Source: Candidatus Flemingiibacterium merdigallinarum
Lineage (GTDB): Bacteria > Bacillota > Clostridia > Oscillospirales > CAG-272
Assembly (NCBI GenBank): GCA_904386005.1
Contig: CAJFKR010000004.1
Location: 28,514 to 92,513 of the forward strand
Direction of reading: 5' to 3'
Length of the DNA stretch: 64,000 bases
Below, piece by piece: positions 8,776 to 18,493 of this stretch. Positions within the stretch are counted from its first letter, which is position 1, and every line of letters starts with the position of its first letter. The notes below the pieces were generated by a model, which had not been told where the DNA came from, made no database searches, and saw only the letters and a list, made by a program, of their open reading frames with translations. A program made the translations under genes and the position numbers.

Positions 8776-10368
8776 ATGAAATATAGAATTACCCTATTCG
8801 AGCGTATGCTCTCGCTTATACTCGCGCTTACAATGACGGCGGTTATGCTGGCGTCGGGCGTATATGTACGCGCTGCCGATGTCGATACCGGCGCGGTAAG
8901 TACCGCTGGAACTGACAGTACCGCCGCAACTGACAGTACCGCTGGAACTGACAGTACCGCCGCAACTGACAGTACCGCTGGAACTGACAGTACCGCCGCT
9001 GCTGACAGTACTGCCGCAACTGACAGTACTGCCGCAACTGACAGTACCGCTGCCGGCGACAATGGCGCGTCAGGCTCGGTCGACATATCCGACGCGACCG
9101 AACCCGCTGACACCTCGGATGAGTCGGACGAGGACTCCAACCCCATGCCAACCGTCGACCACGCGAACGCCGCTTGTGTCTACAACATCGAGAACGACCG
9201 CTACATCTTTGACAAAAACAAGGACGAGCAGATCTATCCGGCGTCGACGGTCAAGCTGATGACCGCGATACTCGCCGTCGAGGCGTTCGGCGAAGACCTC
9301 GACCGCGAAATCACCGCGACGTCCGAGGCGCTCGGCGCGACGTCAGGCAACAACATCGCGATAAAGCGCGACGAGGTATTGACCGCCGAGCAGCTGCTAT
9401 ACGCGCTGATCTGCGGCTGCGCGAACGACGCGGCGAATGTGCTGGCAGTCGAGATCGCCGGAAGCATCGAGGGCTTCGTCGTGATGATGAACCAAAAGGC
9501 GAGGGAGCTCGGCGCGGTCAACACAAACTACATGAACCCGACGGGTATGCACCACCCCGCGATGGTGACGACCGCGGCGGATACCGCGCTGATCGCGGCT
9601 GAAGCCGCGAAAAACGAGCTGATAGTCGAGATGTCGACCGTCGAAAAATACACGATTGAAGCCACGAACAAGCAGCCGCAGCGGATTATCTTCAACAAGA
9701 ACTACTACTATTCGTCGAATATGGAGTATATCTACCGCTGGAGTGTGCCGCGCGGACTGAATGCCGGCTACACCGCGGAGGGCGGCTACTGCATCGCGAC
9801 GTCGGCGGCGCGCGACGGACTGACTTATATAATCATCGTAATGGGCGCGCGGGCGGACGACAAATATATCTACTCCTACACCGAGGCGGCCGACCTCATC
9901 AATTGGGCGCTGTACGCTTATGGCTACGTGAAAGTGCTGACCACGTCGAGTATGATCTGTGAGGTGCCGGTCAAGCTCGCGAGCAAGGTCGACTATGTGA
10001 CCCTGTTCCCGTCGTCCGACATCGAGCTTTACCTGCCGGTCGACGTCGACCTGTCGAACGACGTGCAGATAAGCTGGCAGCTGACGGTCGACTCATTCAC
10101 CGCGCCGGTCGATGAGGGAGAGGTCGGCGGAACACTGACCGCGACCTACAAGGGCGAGAGTCTCGGCAGCTACGAGCTGATTACGAAAAGCAGTGTGAAC
10201 CGAAGCAACATATTGTATATAGTTGACCTTGCGAGACAGCTGGTCGAGACGCAGCAGTTCAAGACGGTGGTTGTCATTGTCGTCATACTGTTTGTCGGAT
10301 ATATCGGTGTCTCGTTCCTGCTCGCGTACAATTCGCGTCAGCGCAGAAGCCGCGGTCGGAGACGATAG
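8776..10368 (+). CDS. D-alanyl-D-alanine carboxypeptidase family (S11) protein with variant active-site motifs
   Basis: Signal peptide, PASTVK (SxxK), NPTGMH, C-terminal PBP5 beta domain and TM anchor. SxN appears as CAN and KTG as NAG. Confidence 0.85.
   Translation: MKYRITLFERMLSLILALTMTAVMLASGVYVRAADVDTGAVSTAGTDSTAATDSTAGTDSTAATDSTAGTDSTAAADSTAATDSTAATDSTAAGDNGASGSVDISDATEPADTSDESDEDSNPMPTVDHANAACVYNIENDRYIFDKNKDEQIYPASTVKLMTAILAVEAFGEDLDREITATSEALGATSGNNIAIKRDEVLTAEQLLYALICGCANDAANVLAVEIAGSIEGFVVMMNQKARELGAVNTNYMNPTGMHHPAMVTTAADTALIAAEAAKNELIVEMSTVEKYTIEATNKQPQRIIFNKNYYYSSNMEYIYRWSVPRGLNAGYTAEGGYCIATSAARDGLTYIIIVMGARADDKYIYSYTEAADLINWALYAYGYVKVLTTSSMICEVPVKLASKVDYVTLFPSSDIELYLPVDVDLSNDVQISWQLTVDSFTAPVDEGEVGGTLTATYKGESLGSYELITKSSVNRSNILYIVDLARQLVETQQFKTVVVIVVILFVGYIGVSFLLAYNSRQRRSRGRRR
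8899..9060 (+). repeat. Coding tandem repeat, 9 x 18 bp (STAGTD/STAATD)
   Basis: AGTACCGCTGGAACTGAC / AGTACCGCCGCAACTGAC units, read directly. Confidence 0.95.
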
Positions 10369-10574
10369 CCGTTCAGAAAAAGTTTACAAATGACCGGTTG
10401 CAGTGTCGAGCTTTATATGATATAATATTTTTGTATAGGCAGTGGGATCAGCGAGTGAATGGCTTAGCGATGACATTGAGAAGATTCGCTAAAACAAATT
10501 AACTTTAATTTTCACTCATATCCGGAGCTCGCGCTTGACAACACTGAACACAAAATAGGATACAACTTGATTAA

Positions 10575-10927
10575 ATGCTATGATGAGGTCTGCGCCCGCG
10601 GCACTGACAGACAGAGAGAACCGTCACCGGCTGAAAGCGGTTTTGTTATGTGCGTGGGATTGCGTTTCGCCTCGGAGCAGAGTCGGTCAACATGATGCGT
10701 GGCGGGATGGCAGGGTCGCCTGTCCGTTGATATTTGTGACAAGCGCAAAATATTTGCGGAAAACACAAATATACGTAAGTAGCCGACTACGTTTACCGGC
10801 GTTATTCGGTCAGAGTGCATCGTCCGTACACGGACTGTGAACACAGGTGGTACCGCGGGGTACGCATTTTCCGTTATCGGAATTATGCCGCTTCGTCCTT
10901 GTTTATACGAGGACGGGCGGCTTTTTT
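10575..10927 (+). promoter_or_regulatory. T-box riboswitch leader (Phe) with terminator
   Basis: Stem I AGAGA and GCTGAAA motifs, TTC specifier at 10666-10668, T-box GGTGGTACCGCG at 10846-10857, terminator GCCGCTTCGTCCT...AGGACGGGCGGC-TTTTTT at 10887-10927; upstream of pheS. Confidence 0.9.
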
Positions 10928-10991
10928 AGTTAGGAATGAGGAGTTAGGAGTGAGGAGTTGAGGTTGAAAAATTCCCTGCGAGAATTTTTCA
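10928..10991. repeat. Heptameric tandem repeat (GAGGAGT/TAGGAGT) followed by an 11-bp inverted repeat
   Basis: agtTAGGAAT GAGGAGT TAGGAGT GAGGAGT tgagg, then TTGAAAAATTC-cctgcga-GAATTTTTCAA. Confidence 0.75.
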
Positions 10992-11201
10992 ACATTATAT
11001 TTTCCATATTATATAGCGAGTGATTTATTAGAAGGATGTTTGGTGTCAAGTGAGAAGTGAGGCTGAAACCCGCTATGGCAGGCACGAATTGATATTCAGT
11101 GCTTGATTTCACATTATTCCATACTTGATTTTACATCATAATTATATTTTTCATTACCGCATTGACAGTGATAATAGCAATTTTTGGAAAGGATTTTTGC
11201 C

Positions 11202-12215
11202 ATGAAAGAAAAACTTGAACAGATACGCGCCGCGGCGGCTGAACAGCTGAACGCCGTGGGAGCCGACCTCGAGGCGATACGCATTCGCTTCCTCGGCAAA
11301 AAGGGCGAGCTGACCGCGGTGCTGCGCGGAATGGGACAGCTCTCCTCCGAGGAGCGTCCGGTCATAGGTCAGCTCGCGAACGAGGTGCGCGAGTATATCG
11401 AGCGATTGATTGCCGAAAAGACCGAGTCGCAGAAGCGCGAAGCGCTTGAAAACAAGCTGAAAAGCGAGCGGCTCGACGTCACTATGCCCGGCAGGGCTCC
11501 CGAGCTCGGCTGCCGCCATCCGCTCGAGCAGGTGCGCCGCGAGCTCGAGGACCTGTTCGTCGGCATGGGCTTCAGCATCGTCGACGGTCCCGAGGTCGAA
11601 TACGACTACTACAACTTCCAAGCGCTGAACATCCCCGAAAATCATCCGGCGCGCGACACGCAGGACACCTTCTACATCACCGACAACATTCTGCTGCGCT
11701 CGCAGACCTCGTCGGTTCAGGTGCGCGTAATGGAGCAGCAGAAGCCGCCGATCCGCGTGATCTCGCCCGGCAGAGTCTACCGTTCGGACGCGGTCGACGC
11801 GTCGCACTCGCCGATGTTCCACCAATTAGAGGGCTTGGTCGTCGAGCGCGGGATAACGATGGGCGACCTCAAGGGCACGCTCGAGACCTTCGCTAAGGCC
11901 ATGTTCGGCGAGTCGACGCAGATTCGCTTCCGTCCGCACCACTTCCCGTTCACTGAGCCGTCTGCCGAGGTCGACGTCTCCTGCTTCGCCTGCGGCGGCA
12001 AGGGCTGCAAGCTCTGCAAGGGCGAGGGCTGGCTCGAGATTCTCGGTGCGGGCATGGTACACCCGAACGTGCTGCGCGGCTGCGACATCGACCCGGACGA
12101 ATACAGCGGCTTCGCGTTCGGCATGGGTATTGAGCGCGTGACAATGATAAAATACGGCATTGATGATATGCGCTATCTGTACGAGAACGACATCCGCTTC
12201 TTGTCGCAGTTCTAA
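11202..12215 (+). CDS. pheS: Phenylalanyl-tRNA synthetase alpha subunit
   Basis: [37 protein letters not shown]; SD GAAAGGA before ATG 11202. Confidence 0.98.
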   Translation: MKEKLEQIRAAAAEQLNAVGADLEAIRIRFLGKKGELTAVLRGMGQLSSEERPVIGQLANEVREYIERLIAEKTESQKREALENKLKSERLDVTMPGRAPELGCRHPLEQVRRELEDLFVGMGFSIVDGPEVEYDYYNFQALNIPENHPARDTQDTFYITDNILLRSQTSSVQVRVMEQQKPPIRVISPGRVYRSDAVDASHSPMFHQLEGLVVERGITMGDLKGTLETFAKAMFGESTQIRFRPHHFPFTEPSAEVDVSCFACGGKGCKLCKGEGWLEILGAGMVHPNVLRGCDIDPDEYSGFAFGMGIERVTMIKYGIDDMRYLYENDIRFLSQF

Positions 12216-12302
12216 AAAATAATAACAGCGGATTGACCATATACGACAATGGAGCCGCGATTTGCGCGGCAAATAAACGACCACGCATACGATATGAGCT
12301 AA

Positions 12303-12383
12303 GTCTGAAAATAAATTTTCAGACACGAGTTTTGTGACTTCGCGGTCTTCAACCGCGATTTGCTTCGCAAACCGTCACAAAAC
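12303..12383. repeat. Intergenic palindromic element (hairpin plus three-way junction)
   Basis: GTCTGAAAAT/ATTTTCAGAC at 12303-12324. GTTTTGTGAC/GTCACAAAAC at 12329-12383 encloses TCGCGGT/ACCGCGA and TTTGC/GCAAA hairpins. Confidence 0.65.
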
Positions 12384-12467
12384 ATCGACATAGAAAGGTC
12401 CATATACGCAATAGTGTTTCGGCTGTATACGATACAAAACCACGATATACGCGATTGGAGACGGACA

Positions 12468-13028
12468 ATGTATACAATAGGAGTCGCGGGCGGCTCCTGC
12501 TCGGGCAAGACTACACTGACCGGCGCGCTCGAGCGCCGCTTCAAGGACGGCGGGCTGAATACAAGTGTCATACACATGGACTCCTTTTTCAAGAATCCGC
12601 CGCCGAGGACTGTCGCCCCATTTACGGGCGTCGAATACAAAGACTGCAACCACCCGAATTCGTTCAGGCTCGACGATTTCTACGCCGCGATAGACAACGC
12701 GAGGGCTTCGGCGACCGATATCGTCATAGTCGAGGGGCTGTTGGTGCTGTGGCTCGACGAGGCGCGGCAGAGGCTTGATTTGCGGATATTTGTCGACCTC
12801 GCGAGCGACGAGCGGCTCTACCGGCGCATCAAGCGCTTCATGCGCGACACAAACGAGACTATCGACGAAATCGCGTCGCGCTATCTCGATACGGTGCGCT
12901 TCAGGTACGACGAATTCATCGAGCCGTCGCGCTGGTACGCCGACCTTGTCATAAACGGCTCTGCCGACACGAATAGAAGCTCGGAGATAGTATATCGCTA
13001 TGTAAACGGTGAAATCCACGGCAAATAA
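12468..13028 (+). CDS. Uridine kinase-family P-loop kinase
   Basis: IGVAGGSCSGKTT, HMDSFF, NHP, IVEG, RRIKR, FIEPSRWYADLVI; GGAG SD before ATG 12468. Confidence 0.85.
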   Translation: MYTIGVAGGSCSGKTTLTGALERRFKDGGLNTSVIHMDSFFKNPPPRTVAPFTGVEYKDCNHPNSFRLDDFYAAIDNARASATDIVIVEGLLVLWLDEARQRLDLRIFVDLASDERLYRRIKRFMRDTNETIDEIASRYLDTVRFRYDEFIEPSRWYADLVINGSADTNRSSEIVYRYVNGEIHGK

Positions 13029-13072
13029 AATACGATGTATAGTTTTCAGCAATCTGAAAGGAATGAATATAT

Positions 13073-15484
13073 ATGAATTTATCGCTTGAATGGGCAAACG
13101 ATTTCGTAGACCTTAATGGAATCGCACCCAAGGAATACTGCGACCGGCTGACCGCGACCGGCTCGAAGGTCGAGGGCTGGGAGACTCTCGGCGACGATAT
13201 CGAGAACGTGGTCGTCGCGCGCGTTATATCGCTCGAACGCCACCCAGACTCCGACCACCTCTGGGTCTGCCAGGTCGACGTCGGCGAGGCGGAGCCGGTG
13301 CAGATTGTCACCGGCGCACAGAACCTGTACGCCGGAGCTGTCGTGCCAGCGGCAAAGGCACCGTCGCGTCTGCCGGGCGGCGTTAATATCAAGGCGGGCA
13401 AGCTGCGCGGAGTCGAGTCGAACGGAATGCTCTGCTCGATTGCCGAGCTGGGACTGACAACGCACGATATGCCCGGCGCGGCTGAGGACGGAATCTTCAT
13501 TCTGAGCGACTCGGCTATCGATACCGACAAGCTGACCTGCGGCATGGACATCCGCGACGCTCTACGTATGCGCGACACGGTCGTCGAGTTCGAGATAACA
13601 TCGAACCGCCCCGACTGCCTGTCGGTCATCGGACTCGCGCGCGAGAGCGCGGTATCGTTCGACCGCGAGTTCAATCTGCCGACTCCGGTCGTCACATACA
13701 CCAAAGACGGCGACGACATCTCGAACTACCTGTCGGTCGAGGTCACAGACTCGAAGCTCTGTCCGCGCTACACGGCGCGCGTCGTCAAGAACGTGAAGAT
13801 CGCGCCGAGCCCATTGTGGCTGCGTATGCGGCTGCGCGCGTCGGGCGTGCGGCCGATAAACAACATCGTCGACATCACTAACTATGTAATGCTCGAATAC
13901 GGACAGCCGATGCACGCGTTCGACTACTCCTGCCTTGACGGCAAGAAGATAATCGTCCGCACCGCCGCCGATGGCGAGAGCTTCAAGTCGCTGGACGACA
14001 CCGACCATGTGCTCACATCGAAGAATCTCGTCATAGCCGATGAGAAAAAGGCGGTCGCGCTCGCCGGAGTCATGGGTGGAGCGAACAGCGAGATCAAGGA
14101 CGACACCGCTACGGTCGTATTCGAGAGCGCGAACTTCCTCGGCAGCTCGGTTCGTGTGACCGCGAAGAGTCAGGGTATGCGCACCGAATCGTCGAGCCGC
14201 TTTGAGAAAGGACTTGACCCCGAGAACACGCTGCCGGCGGTCGACCGTGCCTGCGAGCTGGTGACGCTGCTCGGCGCGGGCGAGGTCGTCGATGGTACCA
14301 TCGATGTATACGGCGGACGCGAGGAGCCGTACAAGATGAAGCTCGAAGTAGATCGCATCAACTCGTTCCTCGGGCTTAATGTCAGTGCCGACTACATGAA
14401 GCGGGTGCTCGAACGACTCGAATTCAAGGTCGATGGCGACACGCTGACCGTTCCGTCCTTCCGCGCCGACTGCCGCTGCATGAACGACATCGCCGAGGAG
14501 ATACTGCGCATCTACGGCTACAACACGATTGAAGCCACGAATTTCGTCACGCCTATCGTCGCCGGCGGCCGCACGCCCGAGCAGAAGTTCGAGTTGAAGT
14601 GCGCCGACACGCTCTGCGCGATGGGGCTTTACGAGTGCGAGACCTTCTCGTTCATCAGCCCGCGTTACTATGACAAGATAAATATGCCTGCCGACGACCC
14701 CCGCCGCAATTCGATTGTGATATCGAATCCGCTCGGCGAGGACACGAGCGTAATGCGCACGACCGCGATACCGTCGATGCTCGAGGTGCTTGCGCGCAAC
14801 AACAACTACCACGCCGACAAGACCGCGCTGTATGAAATGGCGCGCGTGTATATTCCGAGGGAGGACAAGACGCTGCTGCCCGACGAGCGTCGTCGCATTG
14901 TAATCGGCTTCTTCCGTGACGGCGACTTCTACACGCTGAAGGGTATGTGCGACGCGCTGCTCAAAGCCGCCGGAATCGACGACGCCGCGTATGTCGCCGA
15001 GTCGAACGACGCCGCGTTCCATCCCGGACGCTGCGCGAAGATCGTATTCGCTGACGGCGAGGTGCTGGGTGTGTTTGGCGAGATTCACCCGTCGGTGCAG
15101 GAGAACTACGCGATCGACGCGCCGGTATACATCGCCGACCTCGACTTCGCGACTCTGTTCGCGCATTCGAAGCGAGACCGTATGTTCAGCCCGCTGCCGA
15201 AATTCCCGGCGGTCACTCGCGACTTCGCGTTCGTCTGCGACGACGAGCTCGAGGTCGGCAAGATCGAAGCGGTGATGAAGCTGGCAGGCGGCAAGACAGT
15301 CGAGTCGGTGAAGCTGTTCGACGTATATCGCGGCAAGCAGCTTGGCGAGGGCAAGAAGAGCGTGGCATACAGTGTCAGCCTGCGCGCCGCCGACCACACG
15401 CTGACCGACGAGGAGGCAGACAAGACCGCGAAGAAGATACTGACTCTGCTCGAGCGCGAGCTGGGCATTACTCTGCGCGCGTGA
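13073..15484 (+). CDS. pheT: Phenylalanyl-tRNA synthetase beta subunit
   Basis: HPDSDHL, KLRGVESNGM, NRPDCLS, INNIVDITNY, RFEKG, C-terminal FDX-ACB domain (FDVYRG). Confidence 0.98.
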   Translation: MNLSLEWANDFVDLNGIAPKEYCDRLTATGSKVEGWETLGDDIENVVVARVISLERHPDSDHLWVCQVDVGEAEPVQIVTGAQNLYAGAVVPAAKAPSRLPGGVNIKAGKLRGVESNGMLCSIAELGLTTHDMPGAAEDGIFILSDSAIDTDKLTCGMDIRDALRMRDTVVEFEITSNRPDCLSVIGLARESAVSFDREFNLPTPVVTYTKDGDDISNYLSVEVTDSKLCPRYTARVVKNVKIAPSPLWLRMRLRASGVRPINNIVDITNYVMLEYGQPMHAFDYSCLDGKKIIVRTAADGESFKSLDDTDHVLTSKNLVIADEKKAVALAGVMGGANSEIKDDTATVVFESANFLGSSVRVTAKSQGMRTESSSRFEKGLDPENTLPAVDRACELVTLLGAGEVVDGTIDVYGGREEPYKMKLEVDRINSFLGLNVSADYMKRVLERLEFKVDGDTLTVPSFRADCRCMNDIAEEILRIYGYNTIEATNFVTPIVAGGRTPEQKFELKCADTLCAMGLYECETFSFISPRYYDKINMPADDPRRNSIVISNPLGEDTSVMRTTAIPSMLEVLARNNNYHADKTALYEMARVYIPREDKTLLPDERRRIVIGFFRDGDFYTLKGMCDALLKAAGIDDAAYVAESNDAAFHPGRCAKIVFADGEVLGVFGEIHPSVQENYAIDAPVYIADLDFATLFAHSKRDRMFSPLPKFPAVTRDFAFVCDDELEVGKIEAVMKLAGGKTVESVKLFDVYRGKQLGEGKKSVAYSVSLRAADHTLTDEEADKTAKKILTLLERELGITLRA

Positions 15485-15533
15485 CTATCTGACTTTGTCA
15501 AAATAATATTTTTCAGAAATATTATTTTTTCAC

Positions 15534-15562
15534 TTGACATACCTGCGTTTTTATAGTATAAT
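15534..15562 (+). promoter_or_regulatory. SigA promoter of rpsU
   Basis: TTGACA-17-TATAAT. Confidence 0.8.
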
Positions 15563-15615
15563 ATTCTGGAGATAAAAAATCTCTTTTCCACTTGCGGAGG
15601 GAGGGATTGTAGTTA

Positions 15616-15792
15616 ATGGCAGAGGTCAGAGTAAAGGAGAACGAATCGCTCGACAGCGCTCTTCGCAGATTTAAGAGACAGTGCGCAAGATCCGGTGTGC
15701 TTTCGGAACTCCGTAAAAGAGAGCATTACGAAAAGCCGAGTGTAAAACGCAAGAAGAAATCTGAAGCGGCTAGAAAGCGCAAGTCTAAATAA
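15616..15792 (+). CDS. rpsU: 30S ribosomal protein S21 (58 aa; absent from the ORF track)
   Basis: Manual translation [58 protein letters not shown]; SD GGAGGGAGG. Confidence 0.97.
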   Translation: MAEVRVKENESLDSALRRFKRQCARSGVLSELRKREHYEKPSVKRKKKSEAARKRKSK

Positions 15793-15820
15793 TATTCCGC
15801 AAGATGTTTTATACTTCTGG

Positions 15821-15858
15821 ATTTAAGGGGGTGGCAGCAATGCCATCCCCTTAAATTT
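15821..15858 (+). terminator. Intrinsic terminator
   Basis: ATTTAAGGGGGTGGCA / TGCCATCCCCTTAAAT stem. Confidence 0.75.
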
Positions 15859-15945
15859 GCGTATTTAAAATTGTTATTGTTCTTGACATTTTATAATAAC
15901 AATGATATAATATTTCTGTAAATTTAATTTCATGGAGATGTGAAT

Positions 15946-17397
15946 ATGAAAAGGTTATTTTCGATATTATTGCTTTTTCTGCTCATCACACAAACGGCGT
16001 GCGGTGATAAATCGGATGATGTGCCGTCAGACGATACTGAAAAAGTGAGTGAAACAGTAACTGACGAGACTGAACCCGAGTATGTATTCCCAAATTTAGA
16101 CTGGGATGGAGATACGTTCACTGTGCTGAACGCCAACACGACGTGGGGCTTCTACCACTATATGGATTTTGAGGAGCAGACCGGCGAGAAGCTCGACGAC
16201 GCGATATATGAACGCAACCGTTCGGTCGAGGAAATGTACAATCTGACGCTTGAAATTGTCGAGGACGATATAGACACGAACTACGAAAAATATCGCACCT
16301 CGATACTCGCGCAGGACGATGTGTACGACGTCGCTTACATACGCTGCGACCGGATATCGTCGTTCATGGAGGAGGGCTATTTATACAATCTGCTCGACTA
16401 CCCAGAGTTTCAGCTCGACGAGCCGTGGTGGGATCAGGTCATACGTGAAAAATCACTGATCGGCGACAAGACAAAGCTCTATTTTGCCGGCAACGATTTC
16501 TCGCTGATCGGCTTTGAGGGCACGCTCTGCTGCTATTTCAACGAGAATATGCTCTATGACCTCGGACTCGAGACGCCGTATGATCTGGTTCGCGACGGCG
16601 CATGGACAATTGACAAGCTCCACGAATACGCGACCGCGGGCGCGAATCTTAATGGCGACAGCAGCTTCGCATGGGACGAAAACGGCAGCGCGATATACGG
16701 TCTCGCGTCATACGAGGACTCGTTGAACGCGTTTATAACCGGCGGCGGCGAGAGCTATGTTTCGATTGACGAAAATGGTCAGCCGGTGCTGCTGAATAAC
16801 GCCGAGAAGTTCTACGATATTATAGACAAGGCATACAGCATATACAACACCGAGGGTGAATTTATATTTATGAACGGCAGCGGCAACAGCCACTACGAGA
16901 TGATATTCAAGAACGGTCGCTCGCTGTTCACTATAGCCGAAATCAAGGCAAGCTCGAAGTACCGCGATATGGAGGACACATTCGGTATAGTTCCGATTCC
17001 GAAATACGACGAGGAGCAGGAGCAGTATTACAGCCATCGCACACACATATGTTTAGTGATGAGCGTACCGGTCACAAATCAGCGACCGGAGGACACCGGA
17101 AAGATCATGGATACATTCTCGTATCTGTCCTATACCGACATCTTGCCGATATTCTACAATGAAAAGGTCGCTCAGAAAGGACTCCGCAACGAGGAATCGA
17201 TTGAAATGCTCGGCATCATTGCCGAGACTCGCAGCTTTGACATCGGCGAGGCTTACGCGTGGACCGAGGAGCTGTCCGGCGCGGTCAATACATCGGTCGT
17301 AAATCAGAAGAACAACAACGTCGCGTCGCTGGTCGAGTCCTATCGTTCGGCGATTGAGGAGAGCTTCAAAAAGACGCTCGAATTTATGGAGGGTTGA
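15946..17397 (+). CDS. Extracellular solute-binding lipoprotein (carbohydrate ABC type)
   Basis: Lipobox TAC, acidic linker, YFNENM, WTIDKL, FGIVPIPKYDE motifs; promoter TTGACA-17-TATAAT just upstream. Confidence 0.85.
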   Translation: MKRLFSILLLFLLITQTACGDKSDDVPSDDTEKVSETVTDETEPEYVFPNLDWDGDTFTVLNANTTWGFYHYMDFEEQTGEKLDDAIYERNRSVEEMYNLTLEIVEDDIDTNYEKYRTSILAQDDVYDVAYIRCDRISSFMEEGYLYNLLDYPEFQLDEPWWDQVIREKSLIGDKTKLYFAGNDFSLIGFEGTLCCYFNENMLYDLGLETPYDLVRDGAWTIDKLHEYATAGANLNGDSSFAWDENGSAIYGLASYEDSLNAFITGGGESYVSIDENGQPVLLNNAEKFYDIIDKAYSIYNTEGEFIFMNGSGNSHYEMIFKNGRSLFTIAEIKASSKYRDMEDTFGIVPIPKYDEEQEQYYSHRTHICLVMSVPVTNQRPEDTGKIMDTFSYLSYTDILPIFYNEKVAQKGLRNEESIEMLGIIAETRSFDIGEAYAWTEELSGAVNTSVVNQKNNNVASLVESYRSAIEESFKKTLEFMEG

Positions 17398-17429
17398 TCG
17401 GACAAGACCGGTTAGTGAGATCAGCGGAA

Positions 17430-17491
17430 ACCGCCGCTTCGGTCAAAGCTGTCACTACATCCAAACCCGCTTCGGTCAAAGCCGCCGCTTC
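17430..17491. repeat. Imperfect direct repeats CCGCTTCGGTCAAAGC
   Basis: Two full copies and one partial copy between the SBP and AraC genes. Confidence 0.6.
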
Positions 17492-17588
17492 TGATATAAC
17501 GGCTACAGTCAAGCAATCGTTGATTTTATCAATAATCTGCGATTGACTTGACTATTTTTTTATTGTATAATAAAAGCGGGGCGGGGAT

Positions 17589-18482
17589 GTGATGATTAAA
17601 TTACGAGGTGAATATCAAGTCGAGCGAAATGGCGAAACGCTTCATGTTACAAAAAGCGGCGAGGATTTCACGATCGGCAGCTATGTAAAAACGCCGTCGA
17701 AATTCAAGCGCCGGCTGCATTATCATGACTTCTATGAGCTTGAATTTGTTGTGGACGGCTGCGGCGCCAACATCATCAACGGTCTACGGTTTGAATTGCG
17801 GCGTGGGTCCATGTTTCTCTGCCGTCCGACCGATATGCACAAATACGAAATTGGCGAGGGCGAGCGGCTCGAGGTTTACAGCGTCAGATTCAGCGGCGCG
17901 ATGCTGTCGGGTGAAATTGACCAAGCTCTCAATGAAAGCTCTGCTCTCTGCGGTAATTTCAATGCCGAATACCGTGAGCTGAAGCGAATATTTGACAACG
18001 CGGTCAATGAATATCGGCATCCGGACCGCTATTCAAATTATATCTATAAAACAGCCGTGACACAGCTGGTGGTCAGACTGCTGCGCGTGAGACGCGATAA
18101 TTCCGACGGTAAGTTTGTTTCGCGGCTCGCTGCCGAAGCGCAGCGATATATCAACACTCGGTTTGCGTCTCACATCACGCTGCGAGATGTGGCCGCGAGT
18201 CTGGGTGTGTCGCCGAATCATCTCGGCAAGATATTCAGTGAGAGCATGAATATCAGCTTTTGTCAATACCTTAAACGTGTGCGGCTGCTGTACGCGATGA
18301 ATCGTATCGTCAATACCGATGATACTATACAATGTATCGCGCTTGAATGTGGGTTTTCATCGGCGAGTGTGTTCGCGCGTGAATTCAAAAGCTATTATGG
18401 CAATCCGCCCACGTTCTACCGGGATGGCAGTCATAATGATATGGACAAGCGAAAATCAATACAAATAGATAATCAAAATTAA
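17589..18482 (+). CDS. AraC-family transcriptional regulator
   Basis: Cupin HYHDFYE...H sensing domain; C-terminal double HTH (IALECGFSSASVFAREFK). Confidence 0.93.
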   Translation: MMIKLRGEYQVERNGETLHVTKSGEDFTIGSYVKTPSKFKRRLHYHDFYELEFVVDGCGANIINGLRFELRRGSMFLCRPTDMHKYEIGEGERLEVYSVRFSGAMLSGEIDQALNESSALCGNFNAEYRELKRIFDNAVNEYRHPDRYSNYIYKTAVTQLVVRLLRVRRDNSDGKFVSRLAAEAQRYINTRFASHITLRDVAASLGVSPNHLGKIFSESMNISFCQYLKRVRLLYAMNRIVNTDDTIQCIALECGFSSASVFAREFKSYYGNPPTFYRDGSHNDMDKRKSIQIDNQN

Positions 18483-18493
18483 GGGGTGGTTTT

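Noticed and set aside
10930-11112. 60-aa ORF ending LNSSLLTPHS
   Set aside because: This is the translation of the heptamer repeat in an AT-rich leader; there is no evidence it is coding.
13562-15397. Long antisense ORFs (e.g. 13562-15397, 19711-21357, 51218-52651, 1797-2768, 22064-23068)
   Set aside because: They mirror well-supported sense genes. High GC3 codon bias removes antisense stops, and they have no SD or recognisable motifs.
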